Of a stretch of 64,000 bases of DNA, positions 39,049 to 47,920 are shown one piece after another. The translations under genes were made by a program, and so were the position numbers. The stretch lies in NCBI GenBank assembly GCA_964580435.1, contig CAZOKP010000004.1:14824-78823 (forward strand), given 5' to 3'. The stretch is from an uncultured Eubacteriales bacterium (GTDB taxonomy: Bacteria; Acidobacteriota; Aminicenantia; Aminicenantales; UBA8522). The notes below the pieces were generated by a model. The model was not told where the DNA came from, made no database searches, and saw only the letters and a program-made list of their open reading frames with translations. Position 1 is the stretch's first letter; each line of letters opens with the position of its first letter.

Positions 39049-40056
39049 ATGGATTGGAAGACGGTCCTTAAGGCTGACCCTCTGCCTTGGCTTTTGGAAA
39101 AAGAGAATCCCTCCGTTCAATTTTTTACTTATGTTGACCTCTTAGGGCTGCCACACCAGGATGAGAGATGCCTCAAAGCCAAGAAGGAAATCATGAAGAG
39201 AGGAGTAGTGCCAAAGATTTTAGCCAAGCAAAAAAAAGGCGGTTACTGGGAAAAGAGCGAGGATTTTTATATCCGGACAAAATACAAAGGAACAGTCTGG
39301 CAGCTAATCATCCTGGCCGAGCTTGGTGCCAATGGGAACGATGAGAGGATAAAAAAAACCTGCGAATTTGTTCTCCGTATCTCTCAGGATCGTCAAAGCG
39401 GCGGATTTTCTTATCTCGGAAATCAGAAATCTGGAGGCTACCACAGTTGCGTGCTTCCCTGTCTCACTGGAAATATGGTCTGGAGCCTGATCCGGATGGG
39501 TTACCTCCAAGATCCCAGGGTCGAACGGGGGATTGATTGGATTACGACATTTCAGCGTTTTGATGATGGAACCTCTCGGGCCCCCAGAGGCTGGCCGTAT
39601 GAGAAAAGAGACGTTTGCTGGGGCAAGCACACTTGCCATATGGGTGTAGTGAAAGCCTTAAAGGCTCTAGAAGAAATCCCTGAACGGAAACGTTCTTCAG
39701 CGATGAAAAGCACAATTGAGGAGGCTGCTGAATATCTCCTTCAGCACCATATCTATAAAAGGAGCCATGACCTGACGAAAGTGGCCAAGCCAAAATGGCT
39801 CAAATTCGGTTTCCCGGCGATCTGGGATTTAGATGTCCTCGAAACTCTGACTCTGTTGACCCGGCTGGGGTTCAAAGACCCTCGCATGCGGGAAGCCATG
39901 GACCTGGTGCTGGCCAAGCAGGATGAGCGAGGCCGCTGGAAGCTTGAAAATTCCTTCAATGGACGATTCCAGGTGGACATCGAGAAAAAGGGAAAGCCGA
40001 GCAAATGGATCACTGTGAATGCCCTCAAGGCCCTAAAAGGATTCTTCTCCGGATGA
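39049..40056 (+). CDS. hypothetical protein with prenyltransferase/terpene-cyclase-like alpha-alpha toroid repeats
   Basis: Repeated Q...GG(F/W) motifs (KKGGYWEK, QDRQSGGFSY) and a Cys/His-rich segment VCWGKHTCHMG. Its stop overlaps the next start (ATGA). Confidence 0.35.
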   Translation: MDWKTVLKADPLPWLLEKENPSVQFFTYVDLLGLPHQDERCLKAKKEIMKRGVVPKILAKQKKGGYWEKSEDFYIRTKYKGTVWQLIILAELGANGNDERIKKTCEFVLRISQDRQSGGFSYLGNQKSGGYHSCVLPCLTGNMVWSLIRMGYLQDPRVERGIDWITTFQRFDDGTSRAPRGWPYEKRDVCWGKHTCHMGVVKALKALEEIPERKRSSAMKSTIEEAAEYLLQHHIYKRSHDLTKVAKPKWLKFGFPAIWDLDVLETLTLLTRLGFKDPRMREAMDLVLAKQDERGRWKLENSFNGRFQVDIEKKGKPSKWITVNALKALKGFFSG

Positions 40057-40556
40057 AAACGGCTGAATATTGGACCCAGAAATTGCGCTTGGCCAGACAC
40101 CCCGAAGGGGGCTACTACAGAGAAATCTATCGTTCAGCGGAAAGCATTTCAAAAGAAGCTTTGCCGGACCGATATGAAGGGTCGAGAGTTTTTTCGACAT
40201 CTATTTATTATTTGCTGCCTGGGCATGAGGTCTCCTATTTTCACCGGTTGAAATCTGACGAGGTCTGGCACTTCTACCAAGGGAGCCCCGTTTCTCTTTA
40301 TGTGATCAGCCCGGCCGGCGATTTCAATGAAACACGGCTCGGCCCTGATTTTGACGCGGGTCAAGTTCTTCAAGCTGTTATCCCATCCGGCCATTGGCTC
40401 GGCGCCGCTGTAAGTACAGTGAATTCTTATTCGCTTGTGGGCTGCACTGTCGCTCCGGGTTTTGACTTCCGTGATTTCGAGGTCGGCCTAAGACAAGAGC
40501 TGCTGGCCCTTTTTCCGCAACATCAAGCAATCATCATAAACCTGACCAGAGCATAG
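40053..40556 (+). CDS. cupin-fold DUF985 family protein
   Basis: Probable start MKTAEYWTQKL (ATG 40053). EGGYYREIYRS...WHFYQG matches DUF985 (YML079-like cupin). Confidence 0.6.
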   Translation: MKTAEYWTQKLRLARHPEGGYYREIYRSAESISKEALPDRYEGSRVFSTSIYYLLPGHEVSYFHRLKSDEVWHFYQGSPVSLYVISPAGDFNETRLGPDFDAGQVLQAVIPSGHWLGAAVSTVNSYSLVGCTVAPGFDFRDFEVGLRQELLALFPQHQAIIINLTRA

Positions 40557-40612
40557 AGCCTATTTGATGAAGTCCCGCTTAGAGCTATAATGAAGAGGTT
40601 GGCTGAAAAGAG

Positions 40613-41527
40613 ATGACCAACTTTGATTTCTGTTTGGCCTGGAACTGGGAATACGACGCCGATTTTGTCGCCATCCTTGAACAAGCCTGCTTGGCGCGCG
40701 GACTGAAATTTCTCCAGGTCACGCCCGGGAATCTCTTTCCTATCACTGAGGCCCTGGAAAAAAACGAGATCGGTTTTTCGGCTTTCCTTGACCGGGCTTC
40801 GGAAGCCGATCCACGCTTTTTGCCTCTTGTCCGCTGGGCTGCCGGGCACGGCGTTTACCGGATCAATCCCTATGGCCGGGCTGTCCACGCTATGAACAAG
40901 GCCACCATGCATCTGGAATTCATCACCGCCGGCATTCATACACCCTATACCATCATTCTGCCTCCTTACGATGAGCAAGCGGAGCTCCCGTCTTTAAACC
41001 TCTGCCCTCTTGGAGAGAAGTTCACCATCAAGCCGGCTCACGGTGGAGGCGGGGAAGGAGTGATTATCGAAGCGACGTCGGTTGAACAAGTGCAACAGGC
41101 CAGGCTGCAGTATCCCGCCGATTATTACCTTCTCCAGGCGCATATCGTGCCGGCCCGGCTGGGAGACCGAGCGGCCTGGTTCCGCGTTATTTCCTGCGCC
41201 GATGATATCTATCCCTGCTGGTGGGACGTAAATACGCACGTTTATGTTCTCGTCAGCGAGGAGGAGCAGCAGGCTTGCGGGCTTGCTCCTTTATATTCGA
41301 CCACACAGCTTATTGCCCATGTCTCGAACCTCGACATCTTCAGCACCGAGATCGCTTTGACTCCTGTCGGAGTCTTTGTCGCCGTGGATTATGTCAATGA
41401 CCAGATTGACCTGCGTCTGAAATCCAAAGCCTTTGACGGAGTTCCGGATGAGATCGTCCATAGCATTGCCGGGCGCCTCGTCGAACTTGTATTGAGTCAT
41501 GCTCGAGCTCAAGCGGAATTACCTTGA
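40613..41527 (+). CDS. hypothetical protein, possible ATP-grasp-like fold
   Basis: 304 aa. KPAHGGGGEGVIIEATSVEQV is a glycine-rich loop reminiscent of ATP-grasp enzymes. Weak assignment. Confidence 0.3.
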   Translation: MTNFDFCLAWNWEYDADFVAILEQACLARGLKFLQVTPGNLFPITEALEKNEIGFSAFLDRASEADPRFLPLVRWAAGHGVYRINPYGRAVHAMNKATMHLEFITAGIHTPYTIILPPYDEQAELPSLNLCPLGEKFTIKPAHGGGGEGVIIEATSVEQVQQARLQYPADYYLLQAHIVPARLGDRAAWFRVISCADDIYPCWWDVNTHVYVLVSEEEQQACGLAPLYSTTQLIAHVSNLDIFSTEIALTPVGVFVAVDYVNDQIDLRLKSKAFDGVPDEIVHSIAGRLVELVLSHARAQAELP

Positions 41528-41651
41528 TGAGTTTTCATTGTTAATAAGATACTTACCGCTCAGTCGAATCCCAAGATCACCAAAAAAAATTATTGCTATC
41601 GATAGGTAAGGTATTTTCAAAAGGTAAGCACTAATCAGAGCATCAGCCAAT

Positions 41652-41780
41652 GGGTGGCGCGGCTGGGGGGCCCCCCGACGCCCGGAGCGTTTGATGCCTC
41701 CGGAATTTCTGTTGTGTAATCAACAGAATAGGCCGCGAGGATGTCGGGGGGATGCCGCGACAGGACCCGTTGGCGCGCCC
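41652..41780 (+). other. conserved GC-rich upstream element, copy A (candidate cis-regulatory DNA site or structured leader RNA)
   Basis: GGGTGGCGCGGCTGGGGGGCCCCCCGACGCCCGGAGCGTTTGATGCC...CCGCGAGGATGTCGGGGGGATGCCGCGACAGGACCCG aligns block-by-block with 62813-62940. Begins 216 nt before the ATG at 41868. A TTGACT at 41806 with TAGCAT 17 nt downstream follows the element. Confidence 0.5.
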
Positions 41781-41867
41781 TATTGGCAATCTTAGACCGA
41801 ATCGTTTGACTATCCCGCTCAATCATACTAGCATTATCGGGTGCGAAAACTTGTGTGAGGAATTTCC

Positions 41868-43835
41868 ATGAGAACAAAAAAAACGATTTTGGGGGCTTTT
41901 ATTATGCTGCTCCCATTGACCGTCCTGTTTCCCCAGGCAACGGAGGACATCAAACCCATTCTCGCAGAGATCCAGCAGGCAGGCGGACTCAAAGAGCATC
42001 CGGACGCCCACGCTTTGATCATCTTCGAGGACACTAACGTTGTTTTCCAGGACAGCGGCGAATTCACTGCCACCGAGCATTCGCTCGTTAAAATTTTGAC
42101 GGACAAGGGTAAACAGATTTTTGCCGCCAAGAAAGTGCCCTATCACCGGAGATATTCGGCAGTCAATATCGTTCTTGCCCGGGTGATCAAGCCGGATGGA
42201 AGGGTCGTCCCTGTGCCTAAAGAGGCGATGAAAGACGGAACGATGGAAGAGACCCAGCAGATGAATATCCTGGAGGAGAATTTCCGCAGGATAAGCATCA
42301 CCTTTCCCGGTGTCGAACTGAACGACTCCATCGAGACTCTCGTGGAGACAAAATCCAAGCCGTTGATCAAGGGGCATTATAACGACCTCATCGTCTTCCA
42401 GTATTTTGAGCCGATCCTGAGGAAGCGGTACACGATTGAAGGCCCGGCCTCGTTGCCCTTGAATTGCGTGGTGAAAAACGGCAGCCTTGAATTTTCCAGG
42501 CAGGAAAGAGGAAACCGGGTTGTCTATAACTGGAAGGTTTTCAATTCCCCGAAAATCGAACAGGAACTCGGCATGGTTCCTATCCCCGACGTGGCTCTCA
42601 AGGTTATCGCCAGCACGTTCAAGAATTGGGCCGAGCTTTCCAGATACGGAGACAGCCTCAACGCCGGGAAGGTGGACTCAAATGAAGCCTTGAAGGCAAA
42701 GGTCGCGGAATTGACCAAGGACTGCAAAACAGAGGAAGAAAAGATCATGGCCATTTTTCGCTATGTCTCCCGCAAGATCCGCTACATGGGTTCTTCGATG
42801 GACTTGGGAGCATTCATCGAGCCGCACCAGGCGACATACACCTTTGAGAAACAGTATGGTGTCTGTCGGGACAAGTCCATCTTGATGATGGCCCTGCTCA
42901 ATGAAATCGGAGTCAAAGCGTATGATGCCATAATCAATATATCCCGGCAAACAGATCCGGAGATCCCGATTATTTTTTTCGAGCATGCGATCTGCGGAGT
43001 CATTCTTAAAGATGGCAGGATTGTGTACATGGACCCGACGCTCGAGCTGAGCTCGGGTTTCGGAGAGACCTATGTGGGCGGCCGCTATGTGCTCCTTCTG
43101 GACAAAGAGGGCAAGGACCTGATCAAGCTCCCTCCCATTCCCGCTGAAAAGAGCCTCGGCCTCATCAGAGGAGAGACAAGTTTGCTTCCTGACGGCAGCA
43201 TCGAAGGGAAAGTCAATATCTCTGGGAAAGGATTCTACGATCTTATTTTACGGAGCGTTGCTAAACAGGTCCCCAGTTTTCAGTTGCCCATGATCTGGTC
43301 ACAGCTTGGCCAAAACCTAGCGACAACGATAAAAATTGAAAACTTGAAGGCCGGAGATTTCGCTGACCTGGCTGTGCCCTTCGATATCGCCTTCAACTAT
43401 AGAGCCAAGGATTATGCTGTCGATGTCGGCCGGCTCACGATGTTCAAGATCCCTTTTTCCACCCAGGCCTTTGACCTGACCTCGCTCAGCATCTTCCAGA
43501 TCCTTGCCGGCAGGGAGGAGAGGAAATATCCCATGTCACTGCCTTCGACCTTGGGCTGTCGTGAGGAGGAAGTGATTACGATTCCACCAGGCTATAGAGT
43601 TCGGGCGGTTCCCGATCCAATCCAGACCAGGGAAGGCCCGGTGTCTTTGATCCTGACCACGTCGACTGAGGGAGACAAGATTTTCTTTTCCAGCGACTTC
43701 CGCATCGAAGAGCCAATGCTTGATTCAAAAGGATACCAGAGTCTCAGAAAAGTCGTCAAAGGGCTGAGAAGGTTCCAGAAAGCCATGATCATCCTGGAAA
43801 AGACCGAGGGAGAGAGAAGAGGAGGGCGGCCATGA
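41868..43835 (+). CDS. secreted DUF3857 / transglutaminase-like domain protein (catalytic Cys present)
   Basis: Signal peptide. Transglutaminase-like core QYGVCRDKSILMMALLNEIGVKAYDAI contains the nucleophilic Cys. Overall DUF3857-TGase-DUF3858-like layout of about 650 aa. Confidence 0.6.
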   Translation: MRTKKTILGAFIMLLPLTVLFPQATEDIKPILAEIQQAGGLKEHPDAHALIIFEDTNVVFQDSGEFTATEHSLVKILTDKGKQIFAAKKVPYHRRYSAVNIVLARVIKPDGRVVPVPKEAMKDGTMEETQQMNILEENFRRISITFPGVELNDSIETLVETKSKPLIKGHYNDLIVFQYFEPILRKRYTIEGPASLPLNCVVKNGSLEFSRQERGNRVVYNWKVFNSPKIEQELGMVPIPDVALKVIASTFKNWAELSRYGDSLNAGKVDSNEALKAKVAELTKDCKTEEEKIMAIFRYVSRKIRYMGSSMDLGAFIEPHQATYTFEKQYGVCRDKSILMMALLNEIGVKAYDAIINISRQTDPEIPIIFFEHAICGVILKDGRIVYMDPTLELSSGFGETYVGGRYVLLLDKEGKDLIKLPPIPAEKSLGLIRGETSLLPDGSIEGKVNISGKGFYDLILRSVAKQVPSFQLPMIWSQLGQNLATTIKIENLKAGDFADLAVPFDIAFNYRAKDYAVDVGRLTMFKIPFSTQAFDLTSLSIFQILAGREERKYPMSLPSTLGCREEEVITIPPGYRVRAVPDPIQTREGPVSLILTTSTEGDKIFFSSDFRIEEPMLDSKGYQSLRKVVKGLRRFQKAMIILEKTEGERRGGRP

Positions 43836-45742
43836 AAAAAATCAAAGTTTTGAGTGCCGTTTTATTGCTTTTCTTCCTTTCCCCGCTAATAGCTCAGGAG
43901 AATATCGAGGATATCGTCAAGAGCGCGCCGTCACGGGCGAAATATCCTGACTCGAGCGCTGTCGTCATTCGGGCCGCCCAGACATTTGCTCTGGACCAGA
44001 CTGGAAAAAGAACCGAGGACTATTTCCGCGCTTTAGAGATATTCAACCTGACGGGAAGAGAAAAATTCAGCGATTTCCGCATCCCGTACGATCGGAATGA
44101 GGATAAGGTTACCGTCCTCGTGGCCAAGACATTCAAGCCTGATTCCTCCTCGATGGACGTGGAACAAAAGGCCATCAACGATGTCAATCCGCCGGAGCTG
44201 GCCGAGGCTGATATGTATGCCAATATCCTGCACCGCGTTCTCTCCTTCCCTTCAGTCGATCCCGGCTCAGTCTTGGTTGTTCATTATCAAAAGGAAAAAG
44301 AAAGGGCCGGAAATTTAGACGGGCGCGTTCATTTCCAGCTGGATGAGCCGATGGTCAAGAAAGAGTTGAAAGTCATAATCCCCCAGGACCAAGTCCTGAA
44401 ATACAGGATCAAGGGATTGGAAACGGATTTCAAGGAGGAAATAATCGGCGGCCAGAAGATCTTCACTCTCGTGGCCGCGGATTGCCCGCAGATAAAACCA
44501 GAAGAATACATGCCTTCCTTGGGAGAGCTCGCCTCCCGGGTTGTTTTCACAACTTTCAAGGAATGGGAGGAAGCCGCTCGAGTTTTTTCTGAATCGTTCT
44601 TTAAAGCAGCGACTCCTTCGGAGGAGGTCAAAAAAACAACAGAAAATATCGTGAAAAACGCCTCCTCACAGGAAGAAAAACTAAGAAAAATTTTCTTTTT
44701 CGTGGTTTGGGAAATCAGGAGCATTCGCTTCGATTTCGGAGAGGGAGGCTATGATGTTCACGATGCTGAGACCGTGTTGAAAAACAGGTACGGGGACTGG
44801 AAAGACAAGAGCGCGCTTCTCGTTTCCATGTTGCAGGCAGCCGGAATTCCTGCTTATCCGGTGCTCGTCAATTCTCAGTCTATTTCGCCAGAAGAAGATA
44901 TCCCCACGCTCAAGCAATTTGACGCCATCCTTGTTGGTGTCGTTGGAGCCCGAAAAGACGGCGAGCTCTTCTTGAACCCTTTTGCTAATGATTCCATCTT
45001 TGGGTACTTCCTGGAAGGAAGAGAATCCCGGGGGCTGAAAGTGAAACCCGATGGCGTCGAGTTTGTGACCGTTCGCTGCCTTTCAGAGGCGGAGAGCATC
45101 CTCAAAAACGAGATTTCTGCCGAAATTGACGGGTCGGGCGGTATCAAGGGGAGAATGTCCTCAGAGCTATCCGGGCTTTTTGACAAGAGGGCCAGAGGTG
45201 AGCTCAAGGATAAGACAGGGAAAGAATTGGACGTGTTTTATTCGGAGTCCGTCAATAGGATCTGTGAGGATGGGAAAGCTTTGAAGAACCAGCTGACCGA
45301 CCCCAAGGACCTGTCGCAGAAGGTGAGGATCGCCCAGGAGTTCAGCGGCAAGAACTACGGTATCTTTCAGGGAAACATCATGCTCATCACGATTCCTCAG
45401 GTTCCCTATGCATTTTCTGACCTGCCCGCAACCCCCAGCCTGGCCAAACGCCTGTATCCTTTCCGCATGGCCGGGGAATCAGAGGTCCTCTCGACGGTGA
45501 CCGTCAAGATCCCGGCCGACTTCAAGCCGTTCTATTTCCCTGAATCCTATTCTTTCCAGCAGGACTATGGAGATTTTTCCTTCTCCTCGGCTTATGATGC
45601 CGGTCAATCTTCGGTCGTCATCAAGAAAACGTTTCGTTTCCGCAAAAAAGAGATTCCGGTCAGCCAGTATGAGGAGTTCAAAAAGATTATTGATTCCTTT
45701 GGCCTGCCCAAGAACACGCTTCTTCTGCTGGAGAAAAAATAG
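43832..45742 (+). CDS. secreted DUF3857 / transglutaminase-like domain protein, paralog lacking the catalytic Cys
   Basis: Signal peptide. Homologous core NRYGDWKDKSALLVSMLQAAGIPAYPVLV has Trp where the TGase Cys is expected. Overlaps the upstream paralog by 4 nt. Confidence 0.55.
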   Translation: MKKIKVLSAVLLLFFLSPLIAQENIEDIVKSAPSRAKYPDSSAVVIRAAQTFALDQTGKRTEDYFRALEIFNLTGREKFSDFRIPYDRNEDKVTVLVAKTFKPDSSSMDVEQKAINDVNPPELAEADMYANILHRVLSFPSVDPGSVLVVHYQKEKERAGNLDGRVHFQLDEPMVKKELKVIIPQDQVLKYRIKGLETDFKEEIIGGQKIFTLVAADCPQIKPEEYMPSLGELASRVVFTTFKEWEEAARVFSESFFKAATPSEEVKKTTENIVKNASSQEEKLRKIFFFVVWEIRSIRFDFGEGGYDVHDAETVLKNRYGDWKDKSALLVSMLQAAGIPAYPVLVNSQSISPEEDIPTLKQFDAILVGVVGARKDGELFLNPFANDSIFGYFLEGRESRGLKVKPDGVEFVTVRCLSEAESILKNEISAEIDGSGGIKGRMSSELSGLFDKRARGELKDKTGKELDVFYSESVNRICEDGKALKNQLTDPKDLSQKVRIAQEFSGKNYGIFQGNIMLITIPQVPYAFSDLPATPSLAKRLYPFRMAGESEVLSTVTVKIPADFKPFYFPESYSFQQDYGDFSFSSAYDAGQSSVVIKKTFRFRKKEIPVSQYEEFKKIIDSFGLPKNTLLLLEKK

Positions 45743-45754
45743 GCCCAAGAAAAT

Positions 45755-46786
45755 TCAGATGTCCTGGTCAAGACTCCGGCTGAACTCCTGGAGGAGCTCT
45801 ACGATCTCCTGTTGGCTGAGGAGAGTGCCGTCTTGAGGAGAGTCGATAATCCTGTAGTTAAAGAAAGGGCAGTTTCCGTCGTACCAAGAGAAGAGGAAGG
45901 AGCGACCTGAAGCTTGCCTTTTTCGGGATTCCTCGCGATTGAGAAGGCCGCCGAGGCCTTTGAGATGAACGCCTTTTTCCGGGTCCACCCCGAGAATATA
46001 CTTCTGATTTCCAAAGTTCGTTAGCAGAAAGGAAAAGCCTTCTCCGAGAGAGGGCTGGTTCATATCCCGGCGGGCCCATTCTTTGAGGAGGAAGCTGGAC
46101 GGGTTTTTAACGATGAGCCCATCCACCATTCTTTTTCCTTTTTTTTGGGATAGAGGGAGGTCCAGAATGAGCCTCTGAGACCGGCTGACATCATCAAGGT
46201 AATGGAAATAATCGGCCTCGATTTTTCTCATCGCTCTCTCATAGCGTTCGATGCCGGAGAACAGCACCCGGTTCTCCTCGATTTCATACCCTTCTTGCGC
46301 TTTAGCGTGGAGAAATCTCATGAATTTACTGCCCTCGGCCGTCCTTTCCCTGTTGATTTCGCTTTCCTCCTTTTTGGCCCCAGAGAAGAGAGCCCTGAGG
46401 ATGGAATAGGGGGTGGCGGCGAGGTCAATGTTTTTGGGGAGGGAAGCGGAATCCACCATCTTGGCGTAGCGGGCGATCTTTTGCATTGCGGCATCGACTT
46501 TGCCGATTTCCAGAAGCTTGAGGGTCAGGAAGATCGAAGAGAGAGAATCAAAATCAGGCAAACGGTGGGTGATGAGGCGGAGGTTTTCTGGCGCCTTGAC
46601 GTGGTCGAGGACGAGCTCAGGATACTTGGCGATGAGAGAGGCGGTGCATTCGGCCTCGGCGTCGGGATGGTGATGGTCGATGACACCCGGGACGGTCTTC
46701 ATCCCGACATCCAAGACGACGGTATCAGGCTGTGGCTCGAATTTTTCTCCATAAGCGACAAAATCGAAGGTTACTTCCATCCGCAA
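45755..46786 (-). CDS. hypothetical protein (possible degenerate DHH-like phosphoesterase N-terminus)
   Basis: 343 aa. Contains DVGMKTVPGVIDHHHPD, which resembles DHH motif III. Immediately downstream of and contiguous with mutY (stop and start adjacent). Confidence 0.35.
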   Translation of the reverse strand: MRMEVTFDFVAYGEKFEPQPDTVVLDVGMKTVPGVIDHHHPDAEAECTASLIAKYPELVLDHVKAPENLRLITHRLPDFDSLSSIFLTLKLLEIGKVDAAMQKIARYAKMVDSASLPKNIDLAATPYSILRALFSGAKKEESEINRERTAEGSKFMRFLHAKAQEGYEIEENRVLFSGIERYERAMRKIEADYFHYLDDVSRSQRLILDLPLSQKKGKRMVDGLIVKNPSSFLLKEWARRDMNQPSLGEGFSFLLTNFGNQKYILGVDPEKGVHLKGLGGLLNREESRKRQASGRSFLFSWYDGNCPFFNYRIIDSPQDGTLLSQQEIVELLQEFSRSLDQDI

Positions 46787-47902
46787 TCAGACCTTTTTCC
46801 GGACGCGTCCCGGGTTGCGCTCATCTCTTTCCTCCAAGAAACGGACAATCTTAGCACTTCCCGAGGGGAAAGGGTACCGTTTCAAGGCCTCGGATATCAC
46901 CCACCGATGGGAATCCCTTCTGAGTCGAGGCTTACGGCGAAGCACGCATTCGTAGGCATAAAGAGACACTTGAAATTGGGTATAAGCATGCTGGATCTTG
47001 AGAAGGAATTTCTCCTCTTTGACTTCTGCTCCAACCTCCTCCCTGAGCTCGCGGCGCAGCGCTCCTTCTCGAGTCTCGCCCTTCTTTCTTTTCCCTCCCG
47101 GGAACTCCCAAAGTCCGGCCAGCAGTCCTGTTGAAGGGCGTTTCTGGATCAAATACTTGCCGGATTCCTCGATGATGCCGACGACGGTCTCGATCTTTCT
47201 GTAGGTCCGCTTCTTGGGTGCCGGAATGACCTCCTGCTTGCCCTCCTTATAAGCCAGGCAGAATCGCTGCAAAGGACAAAGGAGACAGGAGGGGTTTTTT
47301 GGCCTGCAGACTAGGGCACCGAGTTCCATCATGGCTTGATTGAACTCGCCCGGACGGGTTTCTTGCATTAGGGTCGCCAAGTCACGCAGAAAATGTTTTT
47401 CCATTCTTGAATCAGGTTCCCTCCTGATGCAGGACAATCTCAGCAGTACCCGCCGTACATTGGCATCCAGGACGGGGTAAGGCTTGCCATAGGCGATGCT
47501 GACGACGGCTGCAGCTATATACGGGCCAAAACCAGGCAGGCTTAGGAGATCCTCGTATGTTTGGGGAACAGAGCCGGCATGCTTCTTGCTGATGACCTCG
47601 GCGGCCGTACGCAAATTTCTGGCGCGCTGGTAATAACCCAGACCTTCCCAAGCTTTGAGGACTTTTTGTAGAGGAGCCCGGGCCAGCGCCTGGACGTCGG
47701 GAAAAAGCTTGAACCAGTTGGGGTAATGTGAGAGGACAGCAGGGACCGTGGTCTGCTGGAGCATGACCTCTGATATCCAGATCCGATAGGGGTCGCTCGT
47801 CTCCCTCCAGGGGAGTTTGCGGTGATGGGCCCCGTACCAGCAGATAAGCTCTCTTGTGAGGCGTCTGTTTTTTCTATGATCTTTCACTTTGTGACAGCAC
47901 AA
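46787..47902 (-). CDS. mutY: A/G-specific adenine DNA glycosylase with C-terminal NUDIX domain
   Basis: N-terminal LICWYGAHHRKLPWR, HhH-GPD core, 4Fe-4S Cys cluster (CRPKNPSCLLCPLQRFC), C-terminal NUDIX box GLWEFPGG...REGALRRELREEVG. Confidence 0.85.
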   Translation of the reverse strand: MCCHKVKDHRKNRRLTRELICWYGAHHRKLPWRETSDPYRIWISEVMLQQTTVPAVLSHYPNWFKLFPDVQALARAPLQKVLKAWEGLGYYQRARNLRTAAEVISKKHAGSVPQTYEDLLSLPGFGPYIAAAVVSIAYGKPYPVLDANVRRVLLRLSCIRREPDSRMEKHFLRDLATLMQETRPGEFNQAMMELGALVCRPKNPSCLLCPLQRFCLAYKEGKQEVIPAPKKRTYRKIETVVGIIEESGKYLIQKRPSTGLLAGLWEFPGGKRKKGETREGALRRELREEVGAEVKEEKFLLKIQHAYTQFQVSLYAYECVLRRKPRLRRDSHRWVISEALKRYPFPSGSAKIVRFLEERDERNPGRVRKKV

Positions 47903-47920
47903 CAGGACCCATTAAAAAAT

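Noticed and set aside
41652-41780. Possibility that the repeated GC-rich element is an SRP (4.5S) RNA, tmRNA, RNase P or known riboswitch
   Set aside because: Neither strand contains the SRP domain IV AGGUCCGGAAGGAAGCAGC core, the tmRNA or RNase P conserved boxes, or any B12, TPP, SAM, SAH or ZTP consensus I could recall. Only loose resemblance (CGAGGA...GCGAC...CAGGAC) to the SAH element. Left as an unclassified element.
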